From Klebsiella pneumoniae (lineage in GTDB: Bacteria > Myxococcota_A > UBA9042), in assembly GCA_945889325.1 (NCBI GenBank), contig CAMDBH010000003.1:27702-91701 (forward strand): a DNA stretch of 64,000 nucleotides, in the 5' to 3' direction. How positions within the stretch are numbered: the stretch's first letter is position 1; the number at the start of each line of letters is the position of its first letter. The position numbers were made by a program, and so were the translations under genes. Below are positions 1 to 7,354 of the stretch, one piece after another. The notes beneath the pieces are model-generated. The model worked only from the letters and a program-made list of their open reading frames with translations. It ran no database searches and was not told the origin of the DNA.

Positions 1-960
1 ATTGGTGCTGCCATCGCAGTTGTCGTCGTAATTTGTGCCGCAATCCTCTTTTTGACCCGGAAAAACCAGCGCTTTGCTGTCGTCGCAGTCGGTCGCTTTG
101 GCCAAAAGCACTTTGTAATTGCTGATCGCCGTACAACTGCATTGCTTGTCGTTGCTTTTACCGAAGGTATCGCCGTCAAAATCCATGTAAAAATCAGTGC
201 AACCGGTCGCATCGATGTCGTTGGTGTTGCCGTCGCAGTTGTCGTCGTACACTGTCACACAGCTCTCTTTTTGGCCAGGAAATACCAAGGCTTTTGCGTC
301 ATCACAGTCCGTCGCCTTGGCCAAAAGCACCTTGTAACTGCCAGCGACTGCACAAGTGCACTGCTTGTCGGCCAGCTTGCCGAAGGTATCGTTGTCAAAA
401 TCCATGTAATAATCTATGCAGTTGGTGGCGTTGATGTCGTTGGTATTGCCGTCACAATTGTCGTCGTACAACGTCGTACAAGTTTCCTTCTGCCCCGGAA
501 ATACCCCGATCTTGGTGTCATCGCAGTCGGTCGCGGCAGCCAGCAAAACCTTGTAGTTGCCAGCAGCTGTGCAGGTGCACTGCTTGTCGGCCAGTTTGCC
601 AAAGTTGTCGCCGTCGGCGTCCATGTAATAGTCGATGCAACTTGTGGCATTGATATCATTGACATTTCCATCGCAGTTGTCGTCATACAGCGTCACGCAA
701 GTCTCTTTGGCTGCTGGGTTCACGGTGATTTTGCTATCGTCGCAATCGGTTGAAAGTAATGACGTATATTTGGCGCCGATGTCGGCCGCGCACAAGCACT
801 GCTTGTCGGCGAGCAAGCCATAACCGTCCAAGTCTTGATCCTTGAAATAATTCACACAACCGCCGCTGCCTGCATCGTTGGTCTTGCCATCGCAGTTGTC
901 GTCAAACAGCGTACCGCACAATTCCGCCTTGCCCGGATTGGCTGCCACGTTCTTGTCATC
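1..960 (-). repeat. Exact 219-bp (73-aa) tandem coding modules inside the giant lipoprotein gene
   Basis: The landmark GTTGTCGTC(G/A)(T/A)A recurs at 19, 238, 457, 676 and 895, an exact 219-bp spacing. Each module encodes ~DCDDxKxxVFPGQKExCxTxYDDNCDGNTNDIxATxCxDxYMDxDxDxFGKxxDKQCxCTxxxxYKVLLAxAT. Confidence 0.8.
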
Positions 961-3900
961 GCAGTCGCCGCCTCCCTTGGGGCAAACCTTGGGAATGCCC
1001 ACAATGACCATGTTGGTTTCGCAGTACTGGTCCAAATCGTCGTCGCAGCCCTCATCGGTCTTGCTGCTACAGTTGTCGTCAATATCGTTGCAAATTTCCG
1101 TTGCGCCTGGGTTGACGGCCTTGCCTGCGCCGGGGGTGTCGTTGCAATCGTCCGCGGTATTGGCTTTGCTCTTTGGGCAAACGTTGGGCGAGCCGATGAC
1201 CACCATGTTGCTGTCGCAATACGCATCGCCATCGTCGTCACAGCCCTCGTCGACGCCAGCCGTGCAGTTGTCATCGGTATTGTTGCATTTTTCCACAGCG
1301 CCCGGATTGATCGCGTTGTTGTTGTCGTTGCAGTCGTCGCCTGTGTTGGCCTTGCTCTTCGGGCAAATCTTGGGCACGCCCACGACCGTCATCGCGCTTG
1401 TGCAATACCCGTCGGTGTCAATGTCGCAGCCTTCGTCCGTGCCGCCCGCGCAGTTGTCATCGATATCGTTGCAGCTTTCTGTCGCAGTCGGGAAGATCGC
1501 TTTGGCGGTGTCGTTGCAATCCTTGCCGCCGTTGGGGCAAATCTTGGGCACTCCGACAATGGGAATGTTGATATCGCAGTACAAATCGCCGTCGTCGTCG
1601 CAGCCCTCGTCGACTTTGCCACTGCAATTGTCATCGATGTCATTGCAAGATTCAGGCGTGCCTGGATTCACTGCTTTTTCCGCGTCGTTGCAATCGTCGC
1701 CGTTGCCGTTGATCGCCGCAGTTTTGGGACACACGGTCGGTTTGCCGACCACAACCATGGCACTGTCACAGTACTGATCTAGGTCGTCGTCGCAGCCCTC
1801 ATCGATCTTGGCGCTGCAGTTGTCATCGATATTGTTGCAACTTTCGACCATGCCCACGTTGATCGCCTTGTCGCTGTCGACGCAGTCATCGCCCTTACCA
1901 TTGATCGCCTTGGTCTTTGTGCACACGTTGGGCACGCCTACGACGTCCATCGTGCCGTCGCAGTACAAATCGCCGTCGTCGTCGCAGCCTTCGTCGGTTT
2001 TGCCGTCGCAGTTGTTGTCCTTGTTGTCACAGATTTCAACGGCTTTCTTGCCCAACGTCGAACAAGTCACCGACTGCTGACCGCTGCAAATCACCTTGCC
2101 ACCTGAACATTCGCCCAAGCCGCAGCCGGCATCCTTGACCAGCAATTTGCTCAATTCGCCATAAGTAAAGCCTTCATCCACGCCGTCTTTGCAGTTGTTG
2201 TCGATGTCGTCGCAAATTTCCGCTGCGCCCGGATTGATTTTGACCTCGTCCTTTTTGCAATCGCCACCACCCTGTGGGCAAGCCTTTGGTTTACCTACAG
2301 TTTGAATGCCGATATCGCAATATGCATCTTTGTCGTCGTCGCATTTCTCATCGGTCGCGCCGTTGCAGTCATTGTCCTGATCGTCGCAAATTTCCAAAGT
2401 ATTTTGTTTGCCTGAACCATTGGCGTCCGTCGAACAGGTCACCGTTGCCTGCGTCAAGCATTCGACCTTGCCCATGCCGCAAGCGCCCACGCCATCGCAA
2501 ACCGCATTCCAGCCGAGTTTTTGGCCGTCAGATTGCGTGTACTGCCACAATTCATCGGTTTTGCCGTTGCAGTCATTGTCCTTGGTGTCACAGACTTCAG
2601 GCGTCACTTTAGTAAGTGTCGAACAAGTCAGGCCTTTCTTGTCGCCTGTGCACACGACCGTGCCACCCACGCAGGCGCCGCTGCCGCAGCCCTGACCGAT
2701 AGGCTTAAGCGCGCCCAAATCGTTGAAATCGAAATCCTCATCTGTCTTGCCATCGCAGTCGTTGTCTTTGGCATCGCAAGTGATTTCCTTGCTGTCTTCA
2801 TAACTTTCAACTTTGGTGTATTCGCAAACCCATTTGCCCGCAGGACACGTCGCAATCACATTGGCCGGATTGCACGCCCCGACAAGCTTGCAATTGGATT
2901 CCGGGACCGTCATGCCGTCGTCGGTTTTGCCATTGCAATCATTGTCTTTGGCGTCACACACTTCCTTGGTGATCTTAGGCAGTGAATCGCAGGTCAACTT
3001 GGTCGTCGAAACATCGCACACGACCTTGCCGCCATTGCAGTCGCCTGTGCCACAACCTTCTGTAATAATCTTGGTTTTCCCCAAATCGTCAAAGCTGAAA
3101 TCGTCGTCGACCTTGCCGTCGCAATCGTTGTCTTTGCCGTCGCAATGGGCTTCGATCATTTTGTAGCAGGTTTGGCTCAAGCCCTCGCAATGGCAATTCG
3201 GCGTGCCTGCCTTGCAAGTTTGCGTCTTGTCAAACTCAACATTGGCGACAGCTGCGTAATTGCACAACCAACTACCTGCAATGCAGACGGTTTTGATGCT
3301 GCCGAATGCCGTACCGCTGCAAACGCCCTTCTTTTCACAAGTTGAATCTTCAATCGTCGTTAAATTTTCGTCCGTCTTGCCGTTGCAATCGTTGTCTTGG
3401 TTGTCGCAGATTTCGGGCTTGTTCTGCTTGGCTGAACCATTGAAATCCGTGGAGCACACTGCTTTATCAAGCGTTTTGTTGCATTCGACCACGCCAATCG
3501 CGCAAGCACCGACACCGTCGCAAGACGTGACGGGTTTGCCGTCTTTGACCAAGATCCCAAGTTTTGCACCTTTTTCATCGGTGTAGCTGTAATCTTCGTC
3601 GGTCTTGCCATCGCAGTTGTTGTCCAAGTAATCGCACAGATCTTTGCTCGGTCGGTTGTCGCCTTCGCAGCCGACGCAAGTGTTCTTGGCCCCAAAAGCG
3701 CTGCTGCAATCCAATGGATCTGAAGGTTTTTGTCCCCCTGGGTAATGTTTGCACACTGTGGTGCCGTGCTTCAAATTGCACTCGCCGTCTTTGTCGCCGC
3801 ATTCGACGTCGTTGGCTTCCGGATTGCCGTCGTCAACGACTTTGTCGCAGTCGTTGTCAACGCCATCGCACAATTCCTTGGCTTCCGGATTGATCTTTGG

Positions 3901-5319
3901 ATCCCCATCGTTGCAATCTGCCGGTTCATACCAACCGTCGCCGTCTTTGTCCTTGGCCGAATCGCATTTGTCATTGCCAACGCAGCCTTGCAATTTGCCA
4001 TCGCCGCATTTTTCAGGTGCGCCCGTGTGGCTAAGCGGGTCCTTGTCGTCGCAATCCGCCGGTGCTGGCTGACCGTCGCCATCTTTATCGTTGGCATCAC
4101 AAGGCGTTGACTTGCCGTCGCAATTGGTGTCACAGACAAAATCTTTGTCGGCCGCGATCAAACAGCACTTTTCTGCTTGGGTGCCCGGGTGGTATTCCGC
4201 GTGAAATTTTGCGTACTTGAACTTGCAAGCCTTGTCTTCGGTCTCATTGTCCACGCCGTCGCCGTCGATGTCCTTGAGCGTGCAACCGTTGTTGATCGCG
4301 CCGTCGCAATCGTCGTCCTCTTGGTTGTCGCAATTTTCTTTGGCCAATTTCTTCGCATCACCCGAACACAGCCATGCCGTTGATTTACCATCCTTATCCG
4401 CCGGCGCACACGCGAGCACGCCTTTGCAGATGCCGATGCCGCACGCCTGATCTTTCAAGGCCTTCTTGATCGACGGATCGCCCTGAACCGGCAGATCTTC
4501 ATCGACTTCGCCGTTGCAATTGTTGTCTTTGCCGTCGCACAGTTCAGCCGCGCCCGGATAAATTGTCGCATCTTTTTCAGCCCCTGCACCACAGCTCACT
4601 TCTTGACAGTCGGCCACGCCGTCCTTGTCGCTGTCCACGCAGGGTGTGTCGCCGCCAGCACAATCTTCGTCAATGTTATTACCGCATTGGGTACATGCGT
4701 TTTCCGACGAGTACGGATTGGCCGCAAAGCCTTTGGGCACGCCTTTGGCGTCCGGCGTGCCGTCATCGTTGCAGTCACAAGCGGCTAATTTGTCCGGCGA
4801 ACACTCAGGTGTGCAATTGGGCACGCCATCGCCGTCCGCGTCGCATTTGGGCGTTGTTTCAGGGACTTTGAGCACGATCACAAACTGAGCTTTCTCGGAC
4901 GTATCGATGACGCCGTTGAAACTCGACAAAACCTTGCCGTTGTCGACGCCGCGCACGCGCACTTGCAACTTTCCGGCTGAAGTTGCGGGCTGTTGGATGT
5001 CCCACGTGAATGGCTGTGTCACGATGTTGCGCCCAGCTGGCAGCAAAATATTGAAATCGGCTTCTTGGCCCACGGCCGGCAATTTAATCGCAACCGGGGC
5101 ACCCGGCTCACTCAACAGCGCAATTTCTAGACCAGTAATCGACCCTTGCAGCGGTGCCTCGCTCGTGATGCTCAAGCGCAGCGTCTGGTAAACGATGACT
5201 TCACTGCCGCAACTTGGCGCCACCGCGATAGCCATTGCGCTTAAAAAAAGCACGGTCAAACTGCGCGCTAACCGCGGCAATCGTGCGGACAATTTTGAGC
5301 TAAGCAGCCATTTCAACAT
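1..5319 (-). CDS. Giant Cys-rich repeat lipoprotein with MopE-like 'putative metal-binding motif' modules; N-terminus complete, C-terminus beyond the left window edge (>=1773 aa)
   Basis: Absent from the ORF track because it has no stop inside the window. The minus-strand frame whose last codon is positions 3..1 was hand-translated at several points without stops. ATG at 5319-5317 is preceded by GGAG. N-terminus MLKWLLSSKLSARLPRLARSLTVLFLSAMAIAVAPSCGSE reads as a signal peptide plus lipobox-like Cys. Translated stretches include DCDDSKALVFPGQKEDCGTNYDDNCDGSTN and DCNDTPGAGKAVNPGATEICNDIDDNCSSKTDEGCDDD. All listed + strand ORFs here are Val/Ala-rich shadow ORFs. Confidence 0.8.
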   Translation of the reverse strand, partial: MLKWLLSSKLSARLPRLARSLTVLFLSAMAIAVAPSCGSEVIVYQTLRLSITSEAPLQGSITGLEIALLSEPGAPVAIKLPAVGQEADFNILLPAGRNIVTQPFTWDIQQPATSAGKLQVRVRGVDNGKVLSSFNGVIDTSEKAQFVIVLKVPETTPKCDADGDGVPNCTPECSPDKLAACDCNDDGTPDAKGVPKGFAANPYSSENACTQCGNNIDEDCAGGDTPCVDSDKDGVADCQEVSCGAGAEKDATIYPGAAELCDGKDNNCNGEVDEDLPVQGDPSIKKALKDQACGIGICKGVLACAPADKDGKSTAWLCSGDAKKLAKENCDNQEDDDCDGAINNGCTLKDIDGDGVDNETEDKACKFKYAKFHAEYHPGTQAEKCCLIAADKDFVCDTNCDGKSTPCDANDKDGDGQPAPADCDDKDPLSHTGAPEKCGDGKLQGCVGNDKCDSAKDKDGDGWYEPADCNDGDPKINPEAKELCDGVDNDCDKVVDDGNPEANDVECGDKDGECNLKHGTTVCKHYPGGQKPSDPLDCSSAFGAKNTCVGCEGDNRPSKDLCDYLDNNCDGKTDEDYSYTDEKGAKLGILVKDGKPVTSCDGVGACAIGVVECNKTLDKAVCSTDFNGSAKQNKPEICDNQDNDCNGKTDENLTTIEDSTCEKKGVCSGTAFGSIKTVCIAGSWLCNYAAVANVEFDKTQTCKAGTPNCHCEGLSQTCYKMIEAHCDGKDNDCDGKVDDDFSFDDLGKTKIITEGCGTGDCNGGKVVCDVSTTKLTCDSLPKITKEVCDAKDNDCNGKTDDGMTVPESNCKLVGACNPANVIATCPAGKWVCEYTKVESYEDSKEITCDAKDNDCDGKTDEDFDFNDLGALKPIGQGCGSGACVGGTVVCTGDKKGLTCSTLTKVTPEVCDTKDNDCNGKTDELWQYTQSDGQKLGWNAVCDGVGACGMGKVECLTQATVTCSTDANGSGKQNTLEICDDQDNDCNGATDEKCDDDKDAYCDIGIQTVGKPKACPQGGGDCKKDEVKINPGAAEICDDIDNNCKDGVDEGFTYGELSKLLVKDAGCGLGECSGGKVICSGQQSVTCSTLGKKAVEICDNKDNNCDGKTDEGCDDDGDLYCDGTMDVVGVPNVCTKTKAINGKGDDCVDSDKAINVGMVESCNNIDDNCSAKIDEGCDDDLDQYCDSAMVVVGKPTVCPKTAAINGNGDDCNDAEKAVNPGTPESCNDIDDNCSGKVDEGCDDDGDLYCDINIPIVGVPKICPNGGKDCNDTAKAIFPTATESCNDIDDNCAGGTDEGCDIDTDGYCTSAMTVVGVPKICPKSKANTGDDCNDNNNAINPGAVEKCNNTDDNCTAGVDEGCDDDGDAYCDSNMVVIGSPNVCPKSKANTADDCNDTPGAGKAVNPGATEICNDIDDNCSSKTDEGCDDDLDQYCETNMVIVGIPKVCPKGGGDCDDKNVAANPGKAELCGTLFDDNCDGKTNDAGSGGCVNYFKDQDLDGYGLLADKQCLCAADIGAKYTSLLSTDCDDSKITVNPAAKETCVTLYDDNCDGNVNDINATSCIDYYMDADGDNFGKLADKQCTCTAAGNYKVLLAAATDCDDTKIGVFPGQKETCTTLYDDNCDGNTNDINATNCIDYYMDFDNDTFGKLADKQCTCAVAGSYKVLLAKATDCDDAKALVFPGQKESCVTVYDDNCDGNTNDIDATGCTDFYMDFDGDTFGKSNDKQCSCTAISNYKVLLAKATDCDDSKALVFPGQKEDCGTNYDDNCDGSTN
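960..2100 (-). repeat. Second, more degenerate module series (174-195 bp units) in the same gene
   Basis: The landmark (G/A)TTGTC(G/A)TC recurs at about 1072, 1267, 1453, 1627, 1819 and 2011. Units encode CDDDxDxYCxxxMxVVGxPxxCPKxxxxxxDDCNDxxxAxNPGxxExCNxxDDNCxxxxDEG. Confidence 0.6.
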
Positions 5320-5524
5320 GGGAACTCCGAGCAACCGGCGGGAAAAAATTCTGCAACCGAGGGCGCAGTGCGCGCAGGGCCAAGTGTCGGAGTATAACTG
5401 TCCCCGCGGCCATAGGTAAACGCCAAGCGACAAAAACTTATCCACTGGGGCGGCGCGGCCTTCAGCACAGCCATAGACGTTTGGGCGCGGTTTGCAATAG
5501 TCTGGCGCGCCGGAGGTATCGCAA

Positions 5525-7228
5525 ATGAATCCGCAGAGCCGTCGCCTGATCGAAACCATCCGCGCTGGCATCATCGGTGACGATGAAGTCCTCGACGGCC
5601 CTTTCGGGCCGCGCCGCGTGACCTACGCGGACTACACGGCTTCAGGGCGATCTCTTGAATTTATCGAAGATTTCTTGCGCAAAGAAGTCATGCCCCTTTA
5701 CGCCAATACGCATACCGAATCGAGCGGCACGGGCCTGCAAACTGGGCATTTTCGGCACGAAGCACGTCAGATCATTAAGGAGTCGTTGGGTTGCAATGAA
5801 AAAGATGCGCTGATCTTTACCGGCTCAGGCGCCACGGGCGCGATTCACACGCTGATCGCCTGTCTCAATTTGCGCTTGCCGCACGATCTGGCGGTGAAAT
5901 ACCAGCTTGCTGCCAATATTCCGCAAGCAGATCGGCCCGTTGTGTTCATTGGTCCGTTTGAACACCACAGCAATGAGTTGCCTTGGCGCGAATCAATCGC
6001 CGATGTGGTGGTCATCCGCGAAGATGGCGATGGCCACATTTCGACGGCACATCTAACTGAAATGCTTGTACAATACTGCGATCGCCCGCTCAAGATCGGC
6101 AGTTTTTCGGCTGCTTCCAATGTGACGGGCATTGCGTCCGATACCGTGGCGATCGCCACGTTGCTACATCGCCACGGCGCCTTGAGTTTTTGGGATTTCG
6201 CCGCCGCCGGCCCCTATGTTCAAATCGACATGAATCCGCACGGCATCGGCATTGATGCCAATTTGGCTTACAAAGACGCGGTGTTTCTGTCACCGCACAA
6301 GTTTATCGGCGGTCCGGGCACGCCGGGCTTGCTCGCGTGCAAGCGCGCGATCCTGACCAACAGCGTGCCATCGGTGCCAGGCGGCGGCACGGTCGCGTAC
6401 GTGAATCCCTTTGAGCATAGCTATTTGCAAGATCCTGAGCAGCGTGAGGAAGGCGGGACGCCAGCGATCTTGGAATCGATTCGCGCAGGGCTGGTGTTTC
6501 AGCTCAAAGAAGCCGTGTCCGTGGCGGCGATCCGCGAACAGGAAGAAAGCTTTATCGAACGCGCGGTCGAACATTGGTCGGCGCAGCCAAATTTGCAAAT
6601 TTTGGGCAACAAACAGGCTTGGCGGCTGTCGATCGTCAGCTTTGTCGTGCGCCACGGCGAAAAGTACTTGCACCACAACTTTGTCGCCACGCTGCTCAAC
6701 GATCTATTCGGCATCCAAGCGCGGGCCGGTTGCTCGTGCGCTGGCCCCTACGGTCACCGGCTGTTGGCGATTGAAATCGAAAAATCCCGTGAATTTGAAC
6801 GCGAAATCTTGCGCGGCTGTGAGGGCATCAAACCCGGTTGGGTCCGCGTCAATTTCAACTATTTCCTGTCTGAAGCGGTGTTTCGCTTCTTGCTCGACGC
6901 CGTCAGTTTCATCGGCGAGCACGGCTACAAATTGCTGCCGCGTTATACTTTTGAACCCAACTCCGGCCGCTGGATTCACCGCAACGGTTACCTGGCCCCG
7001 CCGATGAGTTTGCGCGACCTTTCTTACCGCACCGGCAAGTTGGATTACCGCGCTCGCCACGCGACCGAACCGGAATGGGTGTTGGATGGCTACGTGCAAC
7101 AAGCGCACGAAATTCTCCTGCACGCCGCACCGCAAAGCGTTGCACAGCCCATGGAGATGACCGCAGATTTTGAAGCCTTGCGCTGGTTTTGGCTGCCGCA
7201 GGACGTCGCCACGGCTGTGCAGCCGTGA
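5525..7228 (+). CDS. Aminotransferase class V-fold PLP-dependent enzyme (cysteine desulfurase/selenocysteine lyase-like family)
   Basis: 567-aa ORF. GGAGG sits 7 nt upstream of the ATG. SPHKFIGGPGTPGLL is a PLP-lysine motif of the SxHK type, and YANTHTESSGTG is a typical N-terminal block of this family. Confidence 0.75.
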   Translation: MNPQSRRLIETIRAGIIGDDEVLDGPFGPRRVTYADYTASGRSLEFIEDFLRKEVMPLYANTHTESSGTGLQTGHFRHEARQIIKESLGCNEKDALIFTGSGATGAIHTLIACLNLRLPHDLAVKYQLAANIPQADRPVVFIGPFEHHSNELPWRESIADVVVIREDGDGHISTAHLTEMLVQYCDRPLKIGSFSAASNVTGIASDTVAIATLLHRHGALSFWDFAAAGPYVQIDMNPHGIGIDANLAYKDAVFLSPHKFIGGPGTPGLLACKRAILTNSVPSVPGGGTVAYVNPFEHSYLQDPEQREEGGTPAILESIRAGLVFQLKEAVSVAAIREQEESFIERAVEHWSAQPNLQILGNKQAWRLSIVSFVVRHGEKYLHHNFVATLLNDLFGIQARAGCSCAGPYGHRLLAIEIEKSREFEREILRGCEGIKPGWVRVNFNYFLSEAVFRFLLDAVSFIGEHGYKLLPRYTFEPNSGRWIHRNGYLAPPMSLRDLSYRTGKLDYRARHATEPEWVLDGYVQQAHEILLHAAPQSVAQPMEMTADFEALRWFWLPQDVATAVQP

Positions 7229-7354
7229 CACATGCGCGCGGTTGCAGCGGTTGTGCGATTTTGTGAGCAGCGCCGATTGTGTTTGCGTCCAGCGAGCTTG
7301 GCGAGTATCGTGTGGCGTTGCGCGACACGGGCGTCACCGCGCGGATGGACGAAC

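Noticed and set aside
52-4888. Many + strand ORFs of 60-315 aa (for example 52..753, 835..1782, 878..1777, 3730..4110) rich in V/A/I or S/L/Q.
   Set aside because: They are mirror-frame artefacts of the minus-strand Cys/Asp/Gly-rich repeat gene (1..5319). That frame gives recognisable DCDD...DDNCDG modules, a signal peptide and an RBS. The + ORFs have no starts with RBS and non-protein-like composition.
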